NCBI GenBank assembly: GCA_041640455.1
Contig: JBEQAF010000024.1
Location: 1-25,734 of the forward strand
Direction of reading: 5' to 3'
DNA from: a bacterium
Lineage (GTDB): Bacteria; CALINM01
Length of the DNA: 25,734 nt
The notes beneath the pieces are model-generated. The model ran no database searches, was not told the DNA's origin, and was given only the letters and a program-made list of their open reading frames with translations. Shown here in pieces: positions 17,559 to 25,734 of the stretch. The translations under genes and the position numbers were made by a program. How positions within the stretch are numbered: position 1 is the first letter of the stretch; every line of letters starts with the position of its first letter.

Positions 17559-17581
17559 GCTTGTTTAACCTACCCCCCTAA
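17547..17581. terminator. hairpin between convergent operons, probable terminator
   Basis: TTAGGGG-AA-TAGG...CCTA-CC-CCCCTAA. On the minus-strand RNA the two mismatches become G-U pairs, giving a continuous stem of about 15 bp. No long U-tail on either side. Confidence 0.5.
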
Positions 17582-17586
17582 ATTAT

Positions 17587-18201
17587 TTATTCTTTTAATG
17601 CATTATATACATTACCAACAAGATCGGCAGAAGGCTTAAGGGTTTTATCTCCTTCCTGCCATTTCGCTGGACAGGCTTCTTCTGGATGAACCGCAAGATA
17701 AACATTTGCTTTCATTTTTCTTAAAAGCTCGTAGGAATTTCTGCCCACATTGTAGTAATTTATCTCTGAAGCAACCAGCTTCCCTTCGGGATTAATTATA
17801 AATGTGCCTCTCAGGGCAAGTCCCGTGTTCTCATCATATACACCGAACATTCTTGAAAGGTTTCCCGTAGTATCAGCTCCCATAGGATACTTAACTCCTT
17901 TCAGCAACAGCTCATCTCTGTGCCATGCCAGATGAGTGTATTTTGTATCGGTGCTGACTGCCAGAACCTCACATCCCATCTTTTTAAGCTCATCGTAAAC
18001 CCCTGCAAGATCGTCAAGCTCTGTAGGACAAACAAAAGTAAAATCTGCAGGGTAGAAAAACAGTATAAGCCATTCCTTCCTTGCCTTAAGATCAGATAAA
18101 GAGAGCTTACCGAAATCCTGTTTTGCCGTATCGTATATTTCTATTTCAAAGTTTGGTACCTGCTGACCTACAGCTATGCAAAAATTAGAAGTGTTACACA
18201 T
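17587..18201 (-). CDS. ahpC: 2-Cys peroxiredoxin (AhpC/Prx1)
   Basis: FFYPADFTFVCPTE (peroxidatic Cys), ALRGTFIINPEG, VGRN and EACPAKW (resolving Cys). SD GGAGG. Confidence 0.93.
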   Translation of the reverse strand: MCNTSNFCIAVGQQVPNFEIEIYDTAKQDFGKLSLSDLKARKEWLILFFYPADFTFVCPTELDDLAGVYDELKKMGCEVLAVSTDTKYTHLAWHRDELLLKGVKYPMGADTTGNLSRMFGVYDENTGLALRGTFIINPEGKLVASEINYYNVGRNSYELLRKMKANVYLAVHPEEACPAKWQEGDKTLKPSADLVGNVYNALKE

Positions 18202-18212
18202 AATAAGCCTCC

Positions 18213-18590
18213 CTATTTTGCAGCCCAGAGAAGATGGAGATTACAGTATTCTCTAACCTTTACAATATCTTCATCAATCTCAAAGGTTGCTTCAGGCTGT
18301 TCGCCGGGTTTTAAAAATTTTCTATATGATTTCTGTGAAGTTAGCACCTGAATCCATTCTATATAATGTTTCTCTTCCATCGGATGGGGAACTGAACCCA
18401 CCTTTACGGTTACCTTGTTCCCTGATTTCTCATAAACAGGCACATGTTTTTCCTTTGATGCATCAACTGTGTTTTCCTGCATAAGCTTCATGGGCTGTCC
18501 ACAACAGACAAGTGTGCCTGCACCGCCATGCAGTACCTCCACTATGTTTCCACAAATTTCACATTTGTAAACTTCCAGTTCTTTAGCCAT
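18213..18590 (-). CDS. dfx: desulfoferrodoxin (2Fe superoxide reductase)
   Basis: YKCEICGN...LVCCG (centre I); [15 protein letters not shown] and EYCNLH (centre II). Confidence 0.95.
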   Translation of the reverse strand: MAKELEVYKCEICGNIVEVLHGGAGTLVCCGQPMKLMQENTVDASKEKHVPVYEKSGNKVTVKVGSVPHPMEEKHYIEWIQVLTSQKSYRKFLKPGEQPEATFEIDEDIVKVREYCNLHLLWAAK

Positions 18591-18600
18591 AAAACTCCTC

Positions 18601-19095
18601 CTATTCTATTTTTTTAAAAAATTTTTTTAATGCATTGCAGACCGGGCATTTATCAGGAACTTCATTTTCAAAGGTATTTCCACAAACAGGACAGACATAA
18701 TAATCCACATTTTCCTTTTTTTCCAGATTTTCAAGCGCTTTTTTGTATAATTCTGCATGAATTTTTTCAACCTCATTGGCATAAATGAAGCTTCTTTCTG
18801 CGCCTTTATTGCCCTCTTCTTTTGCCTCTTCGATCATTTTGGGATACATATTCTGGAACTCAAAGGTCTCTCCGTTAATCGCCTCCATGAGATTCTCTCT
18901 GGTTGACTTAATCCCCTGTAGCTCCTTCAGATGGTTATGGGCATGAATGGTTTCAGCCTCAGCTGCTGCTCTAAAAAGCTTTGCCACTGAGATGTAACCC
19001 TCTTCTTCTGCCTTTTTTGCAAAGGCTAAATACTTTCTGTTTGCCTGAGATTCACCGGCAAAAGCCTCTTTAAGATTTTTTTCTGTTTTGTTCAT
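18601..19095 (-). CDS. rbr: rubrerythrin
   Basis: [24 protein letters not shown] and EVEKIHA di-iron motifs; C-terminal CPVC...CPVC rubredoxin-like domain. Confidence 0.95.
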   Translation of the reverse strand: MNKTEKNLKEAFAGESQANRKYLAFAKKAEEEGYISVAKLFRAAAEAETIHAHNHLKELQGIKSTRENLMEAINGETFEFQNMYPKMIEEAKEEGNKGAERSFIYANEVEKIHAELYKKALENLEKKENVDYYVCPVCGNTFENEVPDKCPVCNALKKFFKKIE

Positions 19096-19507
19096 CTTCT
19101 TCCTCCTTATTTATACATGAATTGCACTTTCCCACAAAGTTTAAAAGGGCTCTCTCAATCCTGTGCCCCTCTATCTCCTCAAGAGGCTTAATAAAAAAAT
19201 ACTCACTAAGATCATAAACTTGTCTGCATTTGTAACAGAAAAAATGATGATGAAATGACGTATCCATATCATAACGCTTTTTCAGTGGGTCAACGCCTAT
19301 CTCAATGATCTCTCCCAGATTTTCAAGAGTCATCAGGGTATTGTATACAGTGGCAAATGATATATGGGGATATTTTTTTAACACCACATTATAAATCTCG
19401 TCTGCCGATGGATGAGATCTGGTACTGCTCAGATACTCAATAATCGTAATCCTCTGTGGTGTTATCTTAATACCCTTTTCTTTAAGCCTTTTTATAATTT
19501 CTATCAT
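19070..19507 (-). CDS. perR: Fur-family regulator, PerR-type
   Basis: ITPQR, HPSADEIY, SFATVYNTL, RYD, HHHFFCYKC and CNSC. Heads the rbr-dfx-ahpC operon and has a Per box upstream. Confidence 0.85.
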   Translation of the reverse strand: MIEIIKRLKEKGIKITPQRITIIEYLSSTRSHPSADEIYNVVLKKYPHISFATVYNTLMTLENLGEIIEIGVDPLKKRYDMDTSFHHHFFCYKCRQVYDLSEYFFIKPLEEIEGHRIERALLNFVGKCNSCINKEEEDEQNRKKS

Positions 19508-19508
19508 T

Positions 19509-19523
19509 TTAGAATTATTCTAA
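19509..19523. promoter_or_regulatory. Per box (7-1-7 palindrome)
   Basis: TTAGAAT-T-ATTCTAA is a perfect inverted repeat differing from the TTATAATnATTATAA consensus at one symmetric position per arm. It lies 1 nt from the perR start codon. Confidence 0.8.
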
Positions 19524-19544
19524 TTTAAAAATTATTTTTGTCAA
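19517..19544 (-). promoter_or_regulatory. sigma70-type promoter of the perR operon
   Basis: Minus strand TTGACA (19544-19539), 16 nt, TAGAAT (19522-19517), 9 nt, ATG. The -10 lies inside the Per box. Confidence 0.7.
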
Positions 19545-19828
19545 GATAATTTTTGTCTTAATTCGTCTAATTCTTTCTCAAGCTTTTCTACCCTTTTTTC
19601 GAGCTCGCTAATTTTTAAATAATCTTTTATCTTCATAGCAAAGTTTTCTTCAAAGCTTTTACCTTTCTGATAAGCCTTATCTTTTAGCTCATTCAGCAGT
19701 TTGTCGCCTTCCTGAGCTGTTATCTCTCCCTGTTTTATCAGCTCAGCTATTATCTCTCTGGCTTTATCCTCAGACAGCGCAAATATACCAATTCCTGCAT
19801 ATAGAACCTTCTTAATGCTTTCTATCAT
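19541..19828 (-). CDS. phasin-like / PHA-synthesis-regulator-family small coiled-coil protein
   Basis: KKVLYAGIGIFAL...ELIKQGEITAQEGDKLL pattern with a C-terminal coiled coil; strong SD AGGAGG at 19835-19840. Confidence 0.65.
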   Translation of the reverse strand: MIESIKKVLYAGIGIFALSEDKAREIIAELIKQGEITAQEGDKLLNELKDKAYQKGKSFEENFAMKIKDYLKISELEKRVEKLEKELDELRQKLS

Positions 19829-19856
19829 AGAGCTCCTCCTTTAGATTTATAAAGTA

Positions 19857-19884
19857 AATATATCACAAAAAGAAAGTTTGTCAA
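19857..19884 (-). promoter_or_regulatory. sigma70-type promoter of the phasin-like gene
   Basis: Minus strand TTGACA (19884-19879), 16 nt, TATATT (19862-19857) with extended -10 TG. Confidence 0.6.
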
Positions 19885-19899
19885 AAATGGGGGGGGGAA

Positions 19900-20307
19900 T
19901 TATATCTTTTCTCTTATCAGTTCAGCAAATCTGTTGAGCTCACCCTCTTCATATTTTTTGTGAATCATCCCTATCTCAATGCCATCCCCATCAGACCTTG
20001 GTATTATATGAAAATGGGAGTGAAATATTATCTGACCGGCATCTGCACCGTTATTCTGAATCAGATTGACTGCCCTGACATTTAAAGCCTTAGTAAGGGC
20101 TATAGAAAGTTTTTTTATTAATACTATGGCTTTTTTTAAATTCTCCTCGTCGGCATCAAAGATATTCTCATAATGTTTTTTAGGTATAACGAGCAGATGC
20201 CCTTTGCTAACCGGGTTAATATCAAGGATTGATATAAACTGATCATCTTCATAAACCTTTGCCGAGGGGATACTGCCCTGTACAATCTTGCAAAATATAC
20301 AGTCCAT
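19900..20307 (-). CDS. HIT-family nucleotide hydrolase
   Basis: CIFCKI, DINPVSKGHLLVIPKKH and histidine triad GQIIFHSHFHIIPR. Confidence 0.93.
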   Translation of the reverse strand: MDCIFCKIVQGSIPSAKVYEDDQFISILDINPVSKGHLLVIPKKHYENIFDADEENLKKAIVLIKKLSIALTKALNVRAVNLIQNNGADAGQIIFHSHFHIIPRSDGDGIEIGMIHKKYEEGELNRFAELIREKI

Positions 20308-20374
20308 AAAAACCTCCTTTTTTATTTTCCAAACTACAATAATTAAGCATAAACCTGTATAATAAACTGAAAAG

Positions 20375-21232
20375 ATGAAGAAAGCTTTTATTTATAATAA
20401 AACTACACTGTTTGTTTTCGCAATATTTTTATCTCTACTTTTTCATCTCCTGTTTTTTATGGGCATAAATATTATCCTAACCCCGAGAAAGCCTGTTATA
20501 TCAGAACCTAAAATTATAGAGATTATACCCTATTATCCTAAGGAAATTAAACCTCCTATTGAGCCAAACAGGGATACCAGATTTTATGGTCCCAAAAACA
20601 TACAAACAGGAAAGGATACCCTTTTACCACATCTGGAACCCCTTACACCAAAGACTTTAGATGTTATTGAAAACATTATACAAAACAAGGAGATAGCTGC
20701 TATACCTCCAAAAAAGACAGAGCCTCCTGAAGAAAAAAAGGGCGGGGAGATAAAAATAAACACACCTGTAGAAGAGGAGCCTAAAAAGGAACAGAAAAGA
20801 CCGGAGCATAGTCTAAAACAGTTGATCCCAAAAGAAACGGATCTGCTGGCAAAACTTCCTAAAGAAGAGAGCATAAATCTAAATACAGGTACTGTTAAGG
20901 GATCTAAAGAGCTCATATTAAACACAAAGGAGTATAAATACTGGTCATATCTGGAAAAGGTGAAAAGAAAGGTGGAGTCTGTATGGCAATACCCGGAACT
21001 GGCAAGGGAACGGGGAATTGGCGGCAAACTGAAAATCAGCTTTTCTATTTCAAAGGACGGCAGAATTGAAAATAAGATTCTTATTGAATCTTCCCAGTAT
21101 AGATTTCTTGATGATGCGGCAATGAAAGCCCTGAGGGATGCATCTCCTCTCCCGCCTTTCCCAAAGGACTGGGATATAGAGAAACTTAACATCGATGGCA
21201 CTTTTATTTACGTTACAAATATGATAAGATAA
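20375..21232 (+). CDS. TonB/TolA-family energy transducer
   Basis: N-terminal TM with S-x3-H (SLLFH), Pro/Lys/Glu-rich linker and TonB C-terminal domain (WQYPELARERGIGG...ISKDG...SS..FLDDAAMKALRDASPLPPFP). Confidence 0.85.
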   Translation: MKKAFIYNKTTLFVFAIFLSLLFHLLFFMGINIILTPRKPVISEPKIIEIIPYYPKEIKPPIEPNRDTRFYGPKNIQTGKDTLLPHLEPLTPKTLDVIENIIQNKEIAAIPPKKTEPPEEKKGGEIKINTPVEEEPKKEQKRPEHSLKQLIPKETDLLAKLPKEESINLNTGTVKGSKELILNTKEYKYWSYLEKVKRKVESVWQYPELARERGIGGKLKISFSISKDGRIENKILIESSQYRFLDDAAMKALRDASPLPPFPKDWDIEKLNIDGTFIYVTNMIR

Positions 21233-21259
21233 TTAGAATTTTGTTCAGACGGAGGTACC

Positions 21260-22060
21260 TTGAATAATCCTATTGGTATATTTGATTCAGGTGTTGGTGG
21301 GTTGACTGTTTTAAAGGAGCTCAGAAAAAAGCTGCCCTATGAAAAATTTATCTATCTCGGAGATACGGCACGGGTTCCTTACGGAAATAAATCAAGTGAC
21401 ACCATTATCAGATATTCTCTTGAGAATACCTCATTTCTCATGAAATTTGATATTAAACTGCTCGTTGTCGCTTGTAACTCCTCTACGGCTACCAGTCTTA
21501 AAAAACTTAAGGAAAGCTTTTCTATCCCCATAGTGGGTGTTATTGAGCCAGGTGCAAGAAAAGCAGTAAAAATTACAAAAAACAGTCGAGTGGGAATTAT
21601 TGGAACTGAAGCAACCATAAAAAGTAAAGCCTATGAGGAAGAGATAAAAAGCTTGAACAACAGAATATCCATATTTTCAAAAGCCTGTCCACTTTTTGTA
21701 CCTATCGTTGAAGAAGGACTGGTGAGCGGGGCTATTGCAAAAAATATTATCTCCCACTATCTCGATTTTTTTAAAAACAAAAATATAGATACCCTTGTTC
21801 TTGGCTGTACCCATTACCCACTTCTTAAAAAGGCAATAAATGAATTTTTTGAAGGTAAGGTAAATATAGTTGATTCTGCAAAAGAAACAGCCAATACTGT
21901 ATCAGACCTTCTGAAAAATCTTAATATGGCAACAGACAACAATCTCCCGCTTGAGCCTGATTATTATGTAACCGATGCTGCAGAAAGGTTTCTCAAAGTT
22001 GGGAAGACCATACTGGGCAAGCATCTGGATAAAGTAAGCATTGTCAAAGTGGGATTATGA
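21260..22060 (+). CDS. murI: glutamate racemase
   Basis: IGIFDSGVGGLTV, DTARVPYG, VVACNS and LVLGCTHYP. TTG start preceded by SD GGAGG. Confidence 0.97.
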   Translation: MNNPIGIFDSGVGGLTVLKELRKKLPYEKFIYLGDTARVPYGNKSSDTIIRYSLENTSFLMKFDIKLLVVACNSSTATSLKKLKESFSIPIVGVIEPGARKAVKITKNSRVGIIGTEATIKSKAYEEEIKSLNNRISIFSKACPLFVPIVEEGLVSGAIAKNIISHYLDFFKNKNIDTLVLGCTHYPLLKKAINEFFEGKVNIVDSAKETANTVSDLLKNLNMATDNNLPLEPDYYVTDAAERFLKVGKTILGKHLDKVSIVKVGL

Positions 22061-23364
22061 AAAACGATCCGAAAAAGATTAAAGGCGATCAGATAGGCAT
22101 GGCTGAAATAAAAAATCTATCTTACAGCTCCGCTGGAGTAGCACGGACTGAAGGGAAGGTGGTGTTCATACCCTATACAGTCACTGGAGACATAGTAAAG
22201 TTCCAGGTGCTGAAAGATAAAAAGACCTATCTGGAAGGTGGTCTCCTTGAAATTTTAAAATCTTCAGCATATAGAAGACCTGCACCCTGTCCTTATTTTG
22301 GCAGATGCGGGGGTTGCCAGTGGCAACATATAGATTATAACTATCAGATACAGTCAAAGAATCAGATTACAAAGGATATTATTAAGAGAATCGGCAGGAT
22401 AGCTGAACCTAAGGTGATGGAGACCATTATCTCCGGTGGCGAGTGGAGTTACCGTCAGAGAATGCGATTTCAGATTGGCTTAGACAAAGAAGATATCGTT
22501 TTTGGTTTTAACATATATAATAGCAACAAAGTTGTTGATATAACTAACTGCCTTATTGCAAAAAAACCTATTGTTGAGCTTCTCTCCACTATTAGACAGT
22601 ATAAAAATGAATTATTTGACGTTCTTGACTTTGAGATTTACTACTCACCCTACGAGGACAGTTTTATCTTTTCAGGAAAAACAAAAGAGCAAAACTATAA
22701 TCCCGGAAGGCTAAAAAATATTCTAAATCTTTTTAAAGGCGGAATTATTAAGAGCAAAAAAGGTGTAGTTGCAAGCTATAAAGAGCCCTATTTAAATTAT
22801 CTTGTAGAAAACAGTCAGTGCTCCTATACCCTTAAGATCTATGCCGATGGTTTTATACAGGCAAATTCTGAGGTTAATAGAGCTATACTGGACAGGCTGG
22901 CGGATTTTTTTGGAGACCGATATAAAGATCAGACCATTCTTGAGCTTTTTGCTGGATCTGGTAATTTTACCTTCCTTTTTAGCAAGCTTTTTAAATATGT
23001 TCTTGCTGTGGAGGGGAATCAGCTCTCTGTCAGAGCCCTTGATGAGAATGTAATAAAGAATAATATTAACAATGTGCATACTGTCAGGGCAAATATAAGC
23101 AATGAGGTTATCAAACTTTTCAATAGTCATAGGAGCTTTGATGTGATTTTTTTAGATCCACCTCGAACAGGAGCCGGAGATATCATACCCTATCTGCCCA
23201 AATTTAATCCGAGAGTGATAATATATCTGTCCTGCAATCCAGCCACTCTGGCAAGAGATTTAAAAACACTGAGCTATAGCGGATACAGGATTGAGAGCAT
23301 AATCCCCTTTGATATGTTTCCGCAGACTTTTCACATAGAAAATATGGCTATTTTGACAAAATAA
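22057..23364 (+). CDS. rlmD: 23S rRNA (uracil-C5)-methyltransferase RlmD/RumA family
   Basis: N-terminal TRAM domain, CPYFGRCGGC Fe-S motif, FIQAN, LELFAGSGNF, LDPPRTG, YLSCNPATLARD and DMFPQTFHIE. ATGA overlap with murI (alternative start 22099). Confidence 0.9.
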   Translation: MKNDPKKIKGDQIGMAEIKNLSYSSAGVARTEGKVVFIPYTVTGDIVKFQVLKDKKTYLEGGLLEILKSSAYRRPAPCPYFGRCGGCQWQHIDYNYQIQSKNQITKDIIKRIGRIAEPKVMETIISGGEWSYRQRMRFQIGLDKEDIVFGFNIYNSNKVVDITNCLIAKKPIVELLSTIRQYKNELFDVLDFEIYYSPYEDSFIFSGKTKEQNYNPGRLKNILNLFKGGIIKSKKGVVASYKEPYLNYLVENSQCSYTLKIYADGFIQANSEVNRAILDRLADFFGDRYKDQTILELFAGSGNFTFLFSKLFKYVLAVEGNQLSVRALDENVIKNNINNVHTVRANISNEVIKLFNSHRSFDVIFLDPPRTGAGDIIPYLPKFNPRVIIYLSCNPATLARDLKTLSYSGYRIESIIPFDMFPQTFHIENMAILTK

Positions 23365-23391
23365 CATATAAAATAAGTATATGAGGTAGCT

Positions 23392-25734
23392 ATGCCTAAA
23401 AGAACAGATATTAAAAGCATATTTGTAATCGGTTCAGGTCCCATTGTTATCGGTCAGGCTTGCGAGTTTGATTATTCCGGTACTCAAGCCATTAAAGCTC
23501 TGAAGGAGGAGGGATACCGGGTAATTCTGGTTAATTCAAATCCAGCCACCATTATGACAGATCCCCAGCTTGCAGATGCTACTTATGTGGAGCCTCTAAC
23601 AGTGGAATATCTTGAAAAGATTATTCACAAAGAAAGACCTGATGCCATCCTGCCAACTCTGGGCGGTCAGACCGCTTTAAATCTTACCATGTTTCTGCAT
23701 GAGAGGGGGATTCTTGATAAGTATAATGTTAAGCTTATTGGAGCTAATATCAATGCCATAAAAAAGGGTGAAGACAGAGAGCTTTTTAAAAAAGCTATGG
23801 AAAAGATCGGATTAAGCGTTCCCAAAAGCGGACTGGCAACCAGTATGCAGGAAGCCTTAGAGGTAATAAGATATGTGGGCTTTCCAGCCATAATAAGACC
23901 AGCTTTCACACTCGGTGGTACAGGTGGGGGAATAGCTTATAATATTGAGGAGTATGAAGAGGCTGTAAAAAGGGGGTTGGACCTGAGCCCGGTCTCACAG
24001 GTGCTTGTGGAAGAGTCTGTGATAGGCTGGAAGGAGTTTGAGCTTGAGGTTATGAGAGACCGAATGGATAACGTGGTAATTATCTGCTCAATTGAAAATC
24101 TTGATCCTATGGGCATTCACACCGGTGACAGTATTACTGTAGCTCCCGCTCAGACATTAACCGATAAAGAGTATCAAATAATGAGAGATGCGGCAATAAA
24201 GATCATCCGGGAGGTAGGTGTTGATACAGGCGGTTCGAACATCCAGTTTGCTATAAATCCTGAAAATGGAAAGATGGTGGTGATCGAGATGAATCCACGA
24301 GTTTCAAGAAGCTCCGCCCTTGCATCAAAGGCAACAGGTTATCCTATTGCCAAGATTGCTGCCAAGCTGGCAGTGGGTTATACACTGGATGAGATTAAAA
24401 ACGATATTACTAAAGAAACCCCCGCATCTTTTGAACCCGCACTCGATTATGTGGTGGTCAAGATACCAAGATTTGCCTTTGAAAAATTTCCAAAAACCAA
24501 TCCCACCTTAGGAACCCAGATGAAATCTGTGGGTGAGGTTATGTCAATAGGCAGAACATTTAAAGAAGCGTTACAGAAAGCTATCAGGTCTCTGGAGATC
24601 GGCAGCTACGGATTTGATGAAAAGCTAAGAACTGGCACGCTGGATGAGAAAAGGGCTATCATAGATGAAAAGCTGAGAACACCTAATCATGAAAGGCTCT
24701 GGTATTTAGGGGAGGCTTTCAGGCTGGGCTATAGCATAGAACAGATATATGAACTTTCAAAAATTGACCCATGGTTTTTAAAAAATATTAAAGAGATAAT
24801 AGATTTTGAGAATTATCTGAAAGATTTTAGCAAAAACAGAGATTTTGACATATCTGCCCTTGAAGATGATATTCTAAGAGAGGCTAAAAAGCTTGGTTTT
24901 TCTGACAGGCGTATTGCACAGCTTTTTGGTATTGACGAGAAAAAGGTACGGGATGACAGGATAAAAAGAAACATTAAGCCTGTTTACAAAATGGTTGATA
25001 CCTGTGCTGCCGAGTTCAGGGCAAAAACTCCCTATCTTTACTCCACCTATGAAGAAGAGGAGGAGGCTCTGCCAACAGAAAAAGAAAAGGTCATCATTCT
25101 TGGGGGCGGTCCAAACAGAATCGGGCAGGGGATAGAGTTTGACTACTGCTGTGTACATGCTGCTTTTGCTGTCAAGGAAGAGGGGCTTGAGTCCATTATG
25201 GTTAACTGTAACCCCGAAACGGTTAGCACAGACTACGACACATCTGACAGGCTTTATTTTGAGCCGCTCACCTTTGAGGATGTTTTAAATATTGTGGAGA
25301 GAGAAAAGCCCAGAGGAATAATAGTGCAGTTTGGTGGACAGACTCCGCTTAAACTGGCAGTTCCGCTGGAAAAGGCAGGAGTTCATATTCTTGGCACATC
25401 CCCGGATAGCATCGACAGGGCTGAAGATAGGGAGCGGTTCAGAGAGGTACTTATAAAACTCGGGCTTAAACAGGCTGAAAGCGGAATTGCCCGATCTGAG
25501 GATGAGGCTATTAGAATTGCTGAACGTATAGGTTATCCTGTTATGGTAAGACCATCTTATGTGCTTGGTGGCAGGGCAATGGAGATAGTCTATGACAGAA
25601 AGGGACTCCAAAGATACATTAACGAAGCTGTAAGGGCATCAGAAGAGCATCCCGTGCTTATAGACAAGTTTCTTAAAGATGCCACAGAGGTAGACGTGGA
25701 TGCCATCTCTGATGGAGAAATGGTTGTAGTTGGA
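23392..25734 (+). CDS. carB: carbamoyl-phosphate synthase large subunit, N-terminal 781 codons; runs off the window
   Basis: ATG at 23392 after GAGG. Translation [33 protein letters not shown]..., [49 protein letters not shown]; still in frame at the window end (...[16 protein letters not shown]). Missing from the supplied ORF track because it has no stop in the window. Confidence 0.98.
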   Translation, partial: MPKRTDIKSIFVIGSGPIVIGQACEFDYSGTQAIKALKEEGYRVILVNSNPATIMTDPQLADATYVEPLTVEYLEKIIHKERPDAILPTLGGQTALNLTMFLHERGILDKYNVKLIGANINAIKKGEDRELFKKAMEKIGLSVPKSGLATSMQEALEVIRYVGFPAIIRPAFTLGGTGGGIAYNIEEYEEAVKRGLDLSPVSQVLVEESVIGWKEFELEVMRDRMDNVVIICSIENLDPMGIHTGDSITVAPAQTLTDKEYQIMRDAAIKIIREVGVDTGGSNIQFAINPENGKMVVIEMNPRVSRSSALASKATGYPIAKIAAKLAVGYTLDEIKNDITKETPASFEPALDYVVVKIPRFAFEKFPKTNPTLGTQMKSVGEVMSIGRTFKEALQKAIRSLEIGSYGFDEKLRTGTLDEKRAIIDEKLRTPNHERLWYLGEAFRLGYSIEQIYELSKIDPWFLKNIKEIIDFENYLKDFSKNRDFDISALEDDILREAKKLGFSDRRIAQLFGIDEKKVRDDRIKRNIKPVYKMVDTCAAEFRAKTPYLYSTYEEEEEALPTEKEKVIILGGGPNRIGQGIEFDYCCVHAAFAVKEEGLESIMVNCNPETVSTDYDTSDRLYFEPLTFEDVLNIVEREKPRGIIVQFGGQTPLKLAVPLEKAGVHILGTSPDSIDRAEDRERFREVLIKLGLKQAESGIARSEDEAIRIAERIGYPVMVRPSYVLGGRAMEIVYDRKGLQRYINEAVRASEEHPVLIDKFLKDATEVDVDAISDGEMVVVG

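Noticed and set aside
20584..21201. 205-aa antisense ORF over the tonB-like gene
   Set aside because: Phe/Ser/Gly-rich mirror of a Lys/Glu/Pro-rich coding strand; no family features.
8107..22060. TGA stops as possible selenocysteine readthrough in redox-related genes
   Set aside because: The TGA stops of cusB, the binding protein and murI are ATGA coupling overlaps, the proteins look complete, and the redox enzymes end in TAA/TAG with Cys at their catalytic sites.
23353..23383. TTGACA at the end of rlmD as a carB promoter
   Set aside because: No acceptable -10 hexamer at 16-18 nt spacing.
23667..25611. Four small ORFs given by the track in the last 2.3 kb
   Set aside because: All lie inside carB (23392 to the window end), which explains the region.
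1..25734. CRISPR array, tRNA/rRNA, IS or prophage; defence-island reading of the WYL helicase
   Set aside because: Intergenic gaps are at most 190 bp with no repeat-spacer pattern. No transposase, integrase, nuclease or cas genes were seen.

Overview
AT-rich bacterial chromosomal window (gene content suggests an anaerobe, possibly Desulfobacterota/Nitrospirota-like; inference only). No RNA genes, CRISPR array or mobile element was recognised. From left to right: (1) the 3' part of an alpha-glucan phosphorylase. (2) A tightly coupled minus-strand operon: TolC/CusC-CusB-CusA-His/Met-rich exported protein-M1-like metallopeptidase-Pif1 helicase with a C-terminal WYL domain. (3) A divergent plus-strand operon: lipoprotein decaheme MtrA/DmsE-type cytochrome, MtrB/PioB-type beta-barrel, orphan periplasmic binding protein, very long methyl-accepting chemoreceptor and FecR/TPR protein. 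This is the most unusual element and looks like a porin-cytochrome wired to signalling rather than respiration. (4) A PerR-rubrerythrin-desulfoferrodoxin-peroxiredoxin oxidative-stress operon with a clear Per box over its -10. (5) Phasin-like and HIT genes. (6) tonB-like, murI, rlmD and the 5' part of carB, which is absent from the ORF track.
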